From Rhina ancylostomus (lineage: Eukaryota): a stretch of 64,000 nucleotides of DNA. The notes beneath the pieces were generated by a model. The model ran no database searches. It was not told the origin of the DNA and saw only the letters and a list, made by a program, of their open reading frames with translations. Shown here one piece after another: positions 49,815-62,405 of the stretch. Location of the stretch: the NCBI GenBank assembly GCA_030265395.1, contig JARFYF010000001.1:46909250-46973249 (forward strand). The letters run 5' to 3'. How positions within the stretch are numbered: the stretch's first letter is position 1; the number at the start of each line of letters is the position of its first letter. Both the position numbers and the translations under genes were made by a program.

Positions 49815-50499
49815 ACAAAAACAGAATGCTGGAAGAACTCAGTGAGTCAAACAGCAAAATGTATAAATCAGGGAGGGGGAGTTGGACAGAGGCTGTTAGG
49901 TGACAGATGGAATCAGATAAGAGAGGAAAGAATGGTCAGATGGAACCTGTGGGGAGAAGGACATGGGAGGGGTGAACAATGTGATAACTAAATGAGGTGA
50001 ACAGGTGAGTGTATATGAGAGGAAATCATTAGTTGTGTGGGTTACCTAGAATTGTAAAATTTATTTTTCATACCATTAGGTTGTAAGCTACCCAAGCATT
50101 CTCCATAGCAATGGAGAAGGCCAAGAACAGGCTGGTCAGTGTGGGAGTGGGAAGCAGAGTTAAAACTATACTAGAAATTTAAGATGGCTGCTGCAGACAG
50201 AGCATAGGTGCTCTGCAAAATGGTTACTCTTGGTTTCACCAATGTAGAGGAGGCCATGTCACAAACATCAAATGCAGTAGACCAGGTTGGAAGAAGTGCA
50301 GGTGAAACTCTACCTCACCTGGAAGGGCTGTTTAGGTCCCTCTATGGTGCTGAGGAAGGAGGTGAAGGGATAGGTATTGCACCTGCTATGGTTGAAGGAG
50401 AAAGTGCCAGGGAATGGGGAAGTGTGAGTGGGGAGGGATGAGTGGACCAGGGAGTCATGAAGAGAGTGATCCCAGTAGAGAGCAGAAGGGGTGGGATTG
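49815..50499 (-). mobile_element. Penelope-like element 3' fragment
   Basis: reverse strand SSNLVYCI..LLYIGETK GIY-YIG motif near 50235-50300. Confidence 0.75.
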
Positions 50500-53050
50500 C
50501 CAGTTTTGAGGCATTCCAGAATGATATATGCATGATATATGGTAATTGGTTGATAAAACAAACCCACCACAAGGTGCTAGTAAAATTAGCAGAGGAATAT
50601 GTTCCTACATGGATTAGCAGTGAACATTAACAAAATTGACAGATTATGAAATTTCATCTGATNNNNNNNNNNNNNNNNNNNNNNNNNNNNNNNNNNNNNN
50701 NNNNNNNNNNNNNNNNNNNNNNNNNNNNNNNNNNNNNNNNNNNNNNNNNNNNNNNNNNNNNTCACTCCAACTCATTGTGGATCTCCCCTACTTTGAGTAG
50801 AAAGCATTGGGCACGTATCAAAACATATAATAACAGGACATTGAGAAAATGCCCTCATATAGCTTATGACATCCCTGCAGTGGAGCAGGTAGGTGGCTTC
50901 CCACAGACCTGTGGGAAACAATAATCTATATCTACAAGCTACAAGATCACGAAGGATCTGTATGTGGATTCTCTGGAAAGAGGACATGTTCAACTTTGCA
51001 CTCCATACCAGATAATTATTGAATCGTTAATTTAGTTTATAAGGGGAATGTAATGTAATGTGTAACCATAACATTTAAATCTTTTATCTACGAAAATAGA
51101 CTGGAAATAACCTGATGTGTCCAGTTATAAACCTAACATTTTTATTAGTCCTTTTAGATAACATCAATAAAATCCTACAACCCTTACACAAAGGAAAAGA
51201 AATGAACATTCAACCAAATGACAAATCAAAGTCCAGAAGAATACATCAACAAAGTTGGATATGATATAGACTTACTTGAACCTGCAGTCCAAACTAAAAT
51301 TACCAAACTACTAAGTGATCTGGATCTCACTAAGCATGTAGTATGGAAACTAAAACAAAAATGTGATGTAGGGATTACAAAATCATCAGAATTATGATGG
51401 TGGCAGGAGTTATAAAATTGGGTAATTGCAGTTGAGATAAATTTGTGGATTAGATTTACGTTGCATTTGAAGGTCATGGCCCAATTTATCATTGAGATCT
51501 GTTTACCATATCTAATGATGATTGTGAAACAACAATGGAAAAAGATGTTTTAAAAGTTAATGCAAAAGGTTCTTCTGGGCAACAACAGGAGAAGATGGTT
51601 AGAACTGGCTAATGCTATGAAGAATTGAAAGGCGAGTCATTTGGAGGTTGATTTCTGTAGGCAGATGCCTTCAGCAAGAAATGCATTAACTCCTGATGAA
51701 CCATACATTGACCAAAAATTCTATCTAAGCTATGAGAAATCATGTTTCTTATCAAAGCAGTTCTTAAAAAGAGACACTGTAAGATAAGGAAACTATCAAA
51801 AAAGTCATTTTCTTTCACAAACAAGATTAACTCAAGGATATAATTTACATTATCTGCTTTTCTCCACTGAAACTCTATAGTCTGATCGAATGTGGAATTT
51901 CCATGGAGTAAAAATTGACTTCTTGAGGTGCTGGTAAACTCAGTGGTCTTTCCCACCAAAATAATTTTGTTGTTAAAATTAATGACACAAAATTAACAGG
52001 ATTAATTAGATTAAAATGCATGTATGTAATGAACAAACAGACTGGGCATAGAAGGAACAATCACAAATGGAAAGGCTTCTGTCTATAGCAATCATGGGGC
52101 AAGATTCTTTTGTATTATAAAAGTTGGGTGCAGAGAGGTGGTTTGGTGGTAAATAATAAATTGAAAGGAAAGGTCTGATTAACCTTTGCAGATGCAATCC
52201 AATTACTTTATTTGACCACTGAATAAATTGGATTTAGAATTGGAGCTAGAGTTAATCTCATTACAGTTAAAGGTCAAAACCTGGTGTTAGATCATTTGCA
52301 CAGAAAGGCTGCAGCAATGTATGACATTTTATTAAATTTTGTAATATAATCCCACATCATTTATTTTTTCTTCTAATATTTTTGTTATGTTTACTTCATA
52401 GTAGTGCTAGATTCAATAAACTTTTTAGAAAAAAGTCTTCTATTGTGTTGTTCTGTGAGTCTGGGATCGCACAGGGATTCAGGCTCCAGCAACACATACA
52501 GTTAGTATGTTAAAGGGAAAAGTAAAGAGAGGTAGGAGATGCCTGATGAACCAGAATAAAAATTGCAATTGTTTGGGTGTCTTGAGTAAAGCATTCTTCT
52601 AGAGAAGAGCTGGCAGGGAAAGAGGGGGAATCTGGAGGAGAGACAAGAAGCAGAAAATGAATCAGGCCTTGGAGTACCTGCACTTTGTTAACACCTGACC
52701 CAGCCTAGTTTCTGGATGCTCTACATTTGCTCACTTGCTAGGCTGTGCTTCTTAGACCTTTTAGGTTATGGAAATTTGTTGAGGCTGGCTCTTGAGCAAA
52801 ATAGTTATTGGCACAGCTGCAATAACCATAAAACATAACTTTTATACCAGACATCTCATCTAATTCACAAAGCAATGAAGAAGATTACCCAGAGCAGTGT
52901 ATTTGAATTCACTTTGAGTCGTTAATGAAGGTAACGCACCGCCATTATATCGTGGGTAAAAGAGCTGTTTGTTTGAAATTAAGTGGTACTCCTTGAAATG
53001 AGATCTATAATCACATTAGAGGCCGCAGTTGTGCGGGTTCAATCAACTTA
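50500..53050 (+). mobile_element. Fossil LTR/retroviral element: env-like pseudogene, second decayed ORF, polypurine tract, possible 3' LTR
   Basis: Cys-rich ectodomain remnants, heptad-like helix, WW..W plus hydrophobic TM and basic tail (to 51553); AGGGAAAGAGGGGGAA at 52615-52630; right end uncertain. Confidence 0.55.
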
Positions 53051-53331
53051 TATCTTCTAGTCTGAGAAGGAGTAAAAGCAGGCACTTCGACTCTCAGTTA
53101 TTAACCAATGACCTATGTTAGTCGATACCATTGTATAGATGATGGGTTAGCACAGGTAAAGCTCAGTTATGTTAATCGGTACTTTGAAATGGTCTAGTTC
53201 ATCATGTGAATTCAAATAGAAAGGTGAAAAAATCCTTTTGGAAACTAAACTCAGCAAAAGTCAACTCTTCAGGGTAAGGAGGAAGAAAACTAAAGTGAGA
53301 CATAAAGCTGAAGTCTGAATTTACAACATAC

Positions 53332-53457
53332 CTGTTCCAGTGACACGGCACTGAAATTGAGCAGATCTTCCTTCACTGGTGGTAGTATTTTGGATTGGAC
53401 TTATAATGGTAGGTGGATAAACAGGTACCTCTACCTCAGGGGAAACAACTTCTGGAA
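53332..53457 (-). CDS. TTN: Titin exon (about human exon 43; absent from ORF track)
   Basis: 126 nt; VPEVVSPEVEVPVYPPTIISPIQNTTTSEGRSAQFQCRVTGT. Confidence 0.95.
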
Positions 53458-53858
53458 CTGAAAATAATTAAATAAATTGATTGTCTGCTTGTGAATGTGT
53501 GTGTAGTCTAACTTAGGGCACAAGTATAATGCAAGAATTTAAAAGAGGAGTGATATCTATTGCAATGATAAATTATGCAAAATATAAAGCTGTTATTTAC
53601 AGAAAATACCCAGGTTGCATTTAGTCATCTATAAAAGCACATAATAGGCATAAAAAAACAAACCTCATTTTTATACAATCTATTTTCTTTCCTTTTCACT
53701 CAAAATATACTGCCATTTACTATTATTCATGTATGTCAAAGATCAATTTCATCTCCTTTTTCTGTNNNNNNNNNNNNNNNNNNNNNNNNNNNNNNNNNNA
53801 ATGATTTCCTACATATCATAGTACTAACATGAAAATATGCCAGTTACTTCAGTTATAC

Positions 53859-54143
53859 CTTCAATATCAAGTGAAGCACCACTAACAGCTACCCCAGCTT
53901 CATTTTTTGCTTCACAAGTGTAGGTGCCAGCATCTTCAGGGAATGTTTCAATCAGTAACAAAGTATATTGATTCTCATCATGAAGTATCTTGCGTTTAAA
54001 CCCTGAGGAAAGCTTTTGCCCATCTTTGTACCAGGATACTTCCAATTTTGGTGTGCCAACTATTACACCACAAAATCGAGCAGGTTCTCCTGCTTTCACA
54101 GCACAAGGTTCCAATTCCACTGTAAAGGTTGGTGGTTCAAGAG
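53859..54143 (-). CDS. TTN: Titin Ig exon (about human exon 42)
   Basis: 285 nt; [32 protein letters not shown]. Confidence 0.96.
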
Positions 54144-55099
54144 CTAAAACAAGAAAGATCAAAACTTCAGCATTTTATTTCCACAAACTGATCATTTTTA
54201 TTGTCTACCTTCAAACATGCAATGTTACATCCTTTCCTGAAGTGCATGGCATAACTAATTAGAATATGGTAAAAGTCATATTAAAAATACTGATTTACAG
54301 AACTGAATAATTGGGAATTTAAAAGAAAAAAATGAAACAAAGATGCTTTTCTGGGATTAATTTTATTTACCATTAATACGTTATATTCAACTGTAGTTAA
54401 CCACTTTCACTTTTTGCACTTCCTGAACAACTGTTTGAAATAAATTAAGATTTTCTTGAATAAAGTTTTTCATTGGTATTAATGGCAAAAATTCAATCTT
54501 GGCAGGATCACAAAACAGGCAAAGCAATGGACAGCCCATTATATCACCTACATTTTCATTTTGGAACATCAAGCTAACATAAATTGATTCATTGCAAGTN
54601 NNNNNNNNNNNNNNNNNNNNNNNNNNNNNNNNNNNNNNNNNNNNNNNNNNNNNTGAGAATGTTTTAAACCCCTCCCTCAGACTTTACACCCCTCTCTCAG
54701 ACTTTACAATAATACTAACAAGGGACACAAAAGCACCATGCTCTACCTTCCAATGAGAAGCAATCCTGTTTGTCCCACAGCAAGCTTCTTGATATTTAGA
54801 CCTAATCTCATCAACTCTTTCCTATCCCATACATCTCACCCCAATTGCTCCATAGGCTCTGTCAGAAGATTAACAATGAATACCACTCTGTAAATTATCC
54901 TCAAGAATAACAGTACACTACAGGCAAGGCTGTTGCAAACCACAACGTAACTGTGGATATTAAACTGATATTCTGACTTTTATGAGAGCTTCATGTCACA
55001 GCTAGCAACATCTTGTCTTTTACTTAAATCTGCTTGCTTAACAGTAATTCCAACATTTTCATCAGAACATTGTTTTCTGCCAACTAAGTAAATTCAACT

Positions 55100-55990
55100 T
55101 CTGGTTTCTTACCAAAATATCCTCATTTGTTTCCACCATTAATAAGTGCACTGATTGACTCCTCACCCACTGTCTATCTCAAGTTACCTTTTCCTTTGTC
55201 ACCGAATTCTACTCCTCTACTATCAACCTCTCCCTCCACATAAATTTTCCAATCCATATTCAGCGCAACTTCCTCAAACCTATTATGGCTTCCCTATCCT
55301 TGTGTGCTTCATCAGTATCCCTTTCCTTCTGAGCCTGGAAAAAATTCTCTCAAGTCACTTACATTTGCACTTGAAGGTTAATTATCCAACTTTTGACCTG
55401 TTTACATCTGCTGAAATTTCTTCCATTATTCTCAGTGTTAGGATCCCATCTGGTTAATATCACCTGCTTCAGCCTATGCTCCTACTTCTGTCCATTTGCT
55501 GTTGAAACCATTCCATTATAGCTTCAAAACCTATCTATGCCAACGCACTCCTGTTGGGCTCCCACTTTACTCACTGTAAACCATTAAATCAAAAATTCTG
55601 ACAAAACTCTCCTGCTCGTCTTTTTTCATAACTCCCTGATCACACATCACTTCTGTATTTCTGATCTACATTGGCTCACTTATCTTAAAGCTCCAATTTT
55701 ATATTCCCACTTTTATATCATTATTTCATTTCAGAAATAACATTACAATCTCTTACAATCCTTTCCAGCAACCTCAAAACTACAAATATTCTTCAACTCC
55801 AATCTCCTGACCACCCTCCATTTACTTGGTACATCAGCCTAAAGTTCTGCTATTTCTTTCCTGAAGTTCTAAGTACCTCCATTTCCTACTACTACTTTTA
55901 GATTCTCCTTATAAACTGCCTCAATGAGAAAAAAAGCTTGTTCAAGCATATACTTATGTTTGATTAAAATAATATCAAAGCACTTTGCAG
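55100..55990 (+). mobile_element. Highly decayed L2-like LINE
   Basis: pyrimidine-rich; caaaactc..ctacattggctc L2-like C-terminal motif; ends caaagcacttt. Confidence 0.4.
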
Positions 55991-56042
55991 AGTTGAAAGG
56001 TGTTGCATTTTAGAAAGAACTTGTTGGTATACTTGGACATAC

Positions 56043-56274
56043 CATTAATATGTAGTGTCACAGTACTTCGATTCCTTCCAGCAACAAAGGTATATTCTCC
56101 AGAATCAGAAACTCTTGTTTCAGTAATGGTCATGCGATGCACACGTCTCTGAATTATATATCTGTATCTTTCTTCAACTTGAAAATTGATTTCAATTCCA
56201 TCCTTGAGCCACTGAGCCTCAACATCGTCTTCATTGACTTCAAATTCAATGACAGCTCGCTTTTTCTCAATAAT
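56043..56274 (-). CDS. TTN: Titin exon (about human exon 41; absent from ORF track)
   Basis: 232 nt, phase 0-1; IIEKKRAVIEFEVNEDDVEAQWLKDG..DSGEYTFVAGRNRSTVTLHIN. Confidence 0.95.
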
Positions 56275-56413
56275 CTAATTATGAAGAAATATTTTGTTAA
56301 AATCATTTATAGGAAGTATAAAATAAATGCCTGTCTGCCATACATATTATCAGTTACTATATTGCTTCTATATGGCTAAGGATTCTAAGTAAAAGCAAAG
56401 AAACACATTATAC

Positions 56414-56582
56414 CTGAATATCTGTGGTAACAGGTTTTGAAATCAAAATGTGTCGTGCTTCCACGTACAAATTAGCAGTGGAACTACTTCCACCTGCTAC
56501 AGCTGCATACTGGCCAGCGTCAGACATTTTTGTAACAGGAATGGTGAGACGATGGATAAATTTTTCACTATGAATCTTAATT
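56414..56582 (-). CDS. TTN: Titin exon (about human exon 40)
   Basis: 169 nt, phase 2-0; IKIHSEKFIHRLTIPVTKMSDAGQY..TDIQ. Confidence 0.95.
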
Positions 56583-57852
56583 CTGTAAAAGAAAAGCAAT
56601 GAAAGTGAAATTGTAAATAAGTTCAGCATTTTATACTTAGAACTTGAGGCCAAAGTGACTGAAAGTACAGCCAATGGTGATGCCAAAAGAAGCCTGATTT
56701 AGAAGAATGCTTAGAGTTTTGGAGTGGTGTGAGAGGTTGGAGGAGATGAATTAAATAAATAAGTAGGAATTTTATGAAGTTGGATATTTGTGGTTATGGA
56801 AATGACATGTAGACTTAATTTGCATAATATGCTATAAAGCATATTGTAAGAAAAAAAGTGTATGGTTGCCCCAAGCTAGATCTGATTTGTGCTCAGCAGG
56901 AGGAAATAAGAAACAAGCAGCCCACCAGAATGTGTTCTGCATCAGAGGAAGTCAGGAAGCCTAGATTTGTGTATTTAGGGATAACATAGCTATTTCCACA
57001 CTGTGGCAGCACAGATATCTCCAGAGCAATACCCGTCTCCCTGTAACCAGAGGCCTGAATGAGAATGTACTGACATAGTACACAAAGATACAAGTTTATT
57101 GTAACAATAGATTGGGAGCCAATAATGTACACCTGTTGCCTCAGGTACATGCAAGTGATGAGGACACTTTATTAATGGAGCATGAGATAAGAGAAACAGA
57201 AGGCTTCTGAAGGATTGGGGTGACTGGTGATAATGGGGCACCTATTGGTGCCATCATCAAGATAACAAGGCCTTAACTGAACAAAGGAATCCTTTAGGTA
57301 TAAGATCACCAAACCCCAACCAAACAGCAGTATGCAGTCCACATGATGATTATGTAGGGAAGGTGACATCAGAAGCAACTGATCATGTGCCTTCTTGTTT
57401 TGGGTTAGCTAAGAAATGACAACTAAATATCTGTAATTTGTGAAGATACTGTAATTTATCTCTAAATGTGTATAGAAATGCCATTGTACAATTGTCAAGA
57501 GAATGTACAAACCATTACCAGTAAGGTGAACAGGCCTCTCTCTCTCCTTCCTATAAATTAAAATTAAATAAATGTCTCTGACCAGAGAATGGACTTACAT
57601 GAGTAATTGTATTGCACTACATTTAAATTGATGATGGGGACTGGGGGTTGGGGGAGTAGGCTGTTGCTGTTGAAGCAATGTAGATCCTTTTGTATAGTAG
57701 TGATGTTGTAAGAAAGGATAATCAGCAAAGTTTTACCAACATTATGGATTTGAAGTTTACAGGGGGCGAAAAATGGGAAGCCAACATGAGAGGATTGGAA
57801 TAGTTGAATTCTGAAGATACAAGGCTAAATTTTCCACAGATTATCTACTAAC

Positions 57853-57994
57853 CTGTCAGAAGGCTGTATTTCCTCACCATCCTTCATCCATTGTATTGCA
57901 ATGTTGGGTTCTGAAATTTCACACTCAAAGATGGCTTTCTTCTTTTCAGTGATTTTGATGTCTTTGATATGTTTCCTAAATTCAACTTGCCGAG
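57853..57994 (-). CDS. TTN: Titin exon (about human exon 39; absent from ORF track)
   Basis: 142 nt, phase 1-2; ARQVEFRKHIKDIKITEKKKAIFECEISEPNIAIQWMKD. Confidence 0.95.
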
Positions 57995-58102
57995 CTAGAG
58001 AGGAAAATATGCTAATTAAATGCAGTTGAGAGTAGGTTAAACATCTTTAAAACTACGTGTATTACCAAAACAGAATGGTCAATAAATAATATCAGTTATT
58101 AC

Positions 58103-58363
58103 CAGTTACATATAAAGTTGCTGTAGAAGATGCTGATCCAGCAACAAAACTGTATTCAGCTGCATCACCAAAGTGAACATTTCGAATTGAAAGTGTGTGT
58201 GTTGATTGCTTGGTCTTTAGTTGGGTTCTCTCAGTTGATCTGATCTCTTTACCATTCTTGAGCCACTTGTAAGTAATACCTTCAAAATTCACTGTTACTT
58301 CAAAGGTAATTGTATCTTTCTCTTGTGCATTCATATCCTTTAACATAGATGTAATTAAAATAG
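58103..58363 (-). CDS. TTN: Titin Ig exon (about human exon 38)
   Basis: 261 nt; PILITSMLKD..EKDTITFEVTVN..IRNVHFGDAA. Confidence 0.96.
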
Positions 58364-58527
58364 CTGAAAAAAAAAGAAAACCATGAATTAGCTGCTAAGT
58401 CACATGACATTTTAATCATCATTAATGATTTTAATAGTTGGAACACCTAAATGTATACATATGGAATAATGCAAAATTAACTTTAAACAATGTATACACA
58501 AAGTGCACATCAATGACAAAGTCTTAC

Positions 58528-58788
58528 GTTTTACTGTCAGAGTGGCAGATACTTTGTCATTTCCACAGATAAAAGTATACTCTGCAGAATCCTCATGGCT
58601 TGTGTTCATTATAATCAGCTGATGAAGTTTGCCTTGCACAACTATTTTGAACTTGTCACTCATTTCTATTTCGACACCACTTTTCAACCATGTAGCTGGC
58701 ACATTGAAATGTGACACCTCACACTGAAAAGTTGCAGTTTTTGTCTCTGGAACTTCAATGTTCTTCATAGTCTTGGTGATATGTACAG
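58528..58788 (-). CDS. TTN: Titin Ig exon (about human exon 37)
   Basis: 261 nt; HITKTMKNIEVPETKTA..CEVSHFNVP..QGKLHQLIIMNTS. Confidence 0.96.
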
Positions 58789-58912
58789 CTTGAAATAATT
58801 TTAAAAGAAAATTAGTATACAAAAATAAGTGAATCTTTTGAGACTATGAATATTTTNNNNNNNNNNNNNNNNNNNNNNNNNNNNNNNNNNCGGAATATAG
58901 TAACACACTCAC

Positions 58913-59173
58913 ATTCCACATAGAGTTTGGCTTTACATTCTAGTTGCCCAATGATGGCTGAGTACTCGCCAACTTGTGCTGGGGTGATATTCTCCAATAT
59001 TAGCTTGTGAACTTTCCTCTCTGAAATTACTTTACATTTGTTACTTGGCTTAAGTTCAACATTGTTGAACATCCATTTTACGGGCACGTTGTCATGTGAC
59101 ACACTCAGTTCAAAAGTAGCAGTGGAATTTTCCATGGCAGTAATATCCTTTGGTTTCTTAATGACCTTGATAA
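58913..59173 (-). CDS. TTN: Titin Ig exon (about human exon 36)
   Basis: 261 nt; KKPKDITAMEN..SERKVHKL..GQLECKAKLYVE. Confidence 0.96.
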
Positions 59174-59429
59174 CTAATAAAACAAAATCAGAACATTATT
59201 TAATGTCTACCCATTCAGATAAACATTTTAGATGCTAACAAAAGGTTAACATGAAGAAAAAAATATGAATACATAGTTTAGTAACCTCAGGCACACGATT
59301 TAAATAGAAATATATGATAATTAATGAATCTGAAAAACTAAGTCATGCAATATTTTATACATTATTCTTAATCCCATTATTTTCAATTTTTAATTAAATC
59401 TTCACATTCGGGAAGAACCATAGCACACT

Positions 59430-59740
59430 AGATGGTGCACCTCCCACACAGCTCCAATGAACTGGGTTTGATTCTCACCTCTGGTGATGTCTGTATGAAG
59501 TTTGCATGTTCTCCCTGTGGTCACATGGGTTTTCCCCAGATACTCCCATTTCCTCTCACATCCCAAAATCATGCTAGATGTTAGGTTAGCTGGTTACTGT
59601 AAATTGCCCCTCATGCAGCTGGGTGATAGGTAATCAGTAGTGTTTTAATGGACGTGTGAGAGAACAGCTCACAAGGAGGTAAATTGAGGAATGGGACTGA
59701 TGAGATCACTGTGAGTGCCACCCCATGTTATGAGAAAATG
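59430..59740 (+). mobile_element. tRNA-derived SINE (V-SINE/HE1-like), decayed
   Basis: cacagctccaatgaactgggtttgattc..agtttgcatgttctccctgtg..cacatcccaaa. Confidence 0.75.
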
Positions 59741-60006
59741 ATATAACATTATAGTGGTTGAGCTGATACCCAAATTACATTAAGCTACATCAATAGGTCA
59801 CATTATGCATATTTTAATTAAACAAGCCAAGACTTAAGTACGTTTGGCAATTCTGCAACATTGTGCAAAACTCCCAAAATATTATTTAAAATATATTATA
59901 CAAGAATGCACCAGCATTTTGGGCAATATTGTTATAATTATAACATTCAATAATTGCTTGACTAAACGGAATGGGTAAGCCACAAAAAAAACATTTCATT
60001 ACTTAC

Positions 60007-60270
60007 CTTCTACATGAAGCCTGGCATTTGCTGACACTCTGCCAAGTTTGAAGTTGTACACAGATTCATCTGCGATGACACATTTCTTAATTTTAAGTGT
60101 ATGTATAACCCCATCTACAGTAATTTCATACTTGTCACTTGGTTTGATTTCTTCCCCATTCTTAATCCATTGGGCTCCAGTAACATCAGCATGTGTAAGT
60201 TCCAATGTAAAGACTGCATCATGGGCTTCTGTGACAGTCAGATTTCTCAAGGTCTTCTTGATCTTCACAG
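60007..60270 (-). CDS. TTN: Titin Ig exon (about human exon 35)
   Basis: 264 nt; AVKIKKTLRNLTVTE..DESVYNFKLGR..ARLHVE; donor GTAAGT. Confidence 0.96.
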
Positions 60271-60411
60271 CTTTATAAACGAAATTTTAAAAGTATTTAT
60301 TTACAATAAAACCTCAATTATCCTTAATTGACCACTAATTACTGTAAAGGAGCAAGGAGTTTAAATTTCAGCAGAAATAAATTCTTTTGCAAGATCAATT
60401 GCCACTATTTA

Positions 60412-61270
60412 ATTAAAACAGAAGGTGTTGAAAACACACAAAAGCCAGACATCATTTGTGCAAAGAAAAACAGTTACCATTTCAGGTCCATAATGTTTCC
60501 ATGAAATTGGGAAAAAGAGTGAAAGAAGTTAGTTTTAAGTTGCAGAGAAGGTGGGGAGGGATGGAGAGGACAAATGAAATATCTGTGATAGGGTGAGGGG
60601 ACCCTTGCTACGAGATACTCTGGCCATAGGTATAGGCCGTAGAGATACTCTGGTCAAATTAGTTAATGGGGACAGTTATAGGATGACAACACAGACAAAA
60701 AGTGCAATGTGTTGCAGATAGCAAGACTGTGGGACATGGCCAGTAAGACTCCAGAGAGATAAACTGAGCCAATGTCACAAATGGATAACTTACTGGAAAA
60801 ATATAGATAGAGAAAGTGTTACCTAAAGATGGAGAATTTGATATAGAGTATTGGTATTGGTTTATTATTGTCACTTGTACCGAGGTACAGTGAAAAGTTT
60901 GTGATACAAACTGATCATACAGGTCAACTCATTACACAATGCAGTTACATTGAGTTAGTCTACAACATGCCCAAAGTAAAGATGATATGTGCTGGACCGT
61001 NNNNNNNNNNAAAAAGGTGAGTATGGGAGTGGTATGGAGAATTAAACTGGCAGGCAACTGAAAGCTCCAGGTTGCCCCTGGAGACAGAACACAGGTGCTC
61101 CACAAAACAGTCAATCAATCTGCATTTGGAATCTCCAGTATAAAGGAGAACACATTATGAAGACTGAATGCAGTAAACTAGATTGGAAGAAGAGAAAATG
61201 AATTGCTACTTCACCTGGAAAGACTGGTTCGGTACCTGGATGGTGAGAAGTGAAGAGGTGAAACAATAGG
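60412..61270 (-). mobile_element. Penelope-like element fragment with nested insert
   Basis: reverse strand SSLLHS..PLYWRF decayed GIY-YIG region; 3' part homologous to 62200-62400. Confidence 0.7.
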
Positions 61271-61339
61271 TGTTCCACACAAGTGCCTCTGAATTGTCTG
61301 CCTTCTTCCTGAAGTATGGCTTCTCCATGAAAAGAGAAC

Positions 61340-62405
61340 CATTGACAAACCACAACTATGGCTCACACTTCTCCTTACACCTCTCCTCTTGAACAGCGTA
61401 AAACAGAGTTCCCCTAATCCTCAACTTCCACCCCACCAGCTTCCACATTCCGTCGATTATTCTTTGTAATCTCTGACAGCTCCACCAAGATTCCACCACC
61501 ATATACATCTTCCTCTCATTCGCTTTGCGACTTCCTGGTCTGCTCCTCCATCCCCACCAAGCACTCCCTTACTTTCCCTTGTAACCATGGGAGATGCAAA
61601 ATCTGTTCTTTCACTTGTTCACTCCTCAACATCCAGGGACCTAGCAGTCATTCCAAGCAAAGCAGCAATTCGCTTGTATTTCTTCCAAACTAGTGTACTG
61701 TATTCTGTGTTCGCAATGTGATCTTCTCTACGTAGGAGAAGCCAAATATAGATTTGATGACAGCTTTGCAGAGCATTCATTCTGCAGAGGCAACCTTGAG
61801 CATCCTGTTGCCTGCTATTTTAATTCTGCATCCAACTGCAACCTGACCTTTCTATCTGTGGCCTTCTGTACTGGTAAAACAAGGCCAAATGCAAGCTTAA
61901 GGAACAGCACCTCACCTTCTGTCTGGGCACATTGCAAACTTCAGGACTTGATATCAAATTCTCCACCTCAGGTAACTTGCTTTCTCTATCTGTTTCAGAA
62001 CTGGCTATTTCTGGTAAAAGTCATCTGTGATATTGACTCATTTTCTCTCTCTCCATTTGCACAGCCTTTCCTGCTAGACATATCTCAACAGCCCTGCTAT
62101 TTGCAACACATCATGCTTATTTGTTTATATTATCCTCTATCTTCTCCCATTAATCCACCTGAACAGAAAATGTCTACAATTTGTCCTTGAGGCAACCTTT
62201 GCCTCACGTTATTGTAGATATCCCATTTGTCCTATCCATCCCTCCCCACCCTCTCTGCAACTTAAGTTTCATTTTCTCTTTTTCCCAGTTCTGATGACGG
62301 GTCTTCCACCTAAGACGTTAACTTTGTTTCTCCTTCCACAAACGCTGCCTGACCTGCTGTTAGTTCACAGCATTTTCTGATTTTTTTACTTCAGATTTCT
62401 AGTGT
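61340..62405 (+). mobile_element. Penelope-like element fragment (GIY-YIG endonuclease)
   Basis: VYCILCSQCDLLYVGEAKYRFDDSFAEH..HPVACYFN. Confidence 0.8.

Noticed and set aside
54669-54708. 20-bp tandem duplication (also short repeats at 15965-16030 and 60612-60655)
   Set aside because: Ordinary slippage or gap-edge duplications with no evidence of function.
855-60331. Many + strand ORFs overlapping Ig exons (e.g. 1166-1453, 6789-7097, 28830-29258)
   Set aside because: Antisense shadows of titin codon usage; they recur with exon class and have no independent protein signature.
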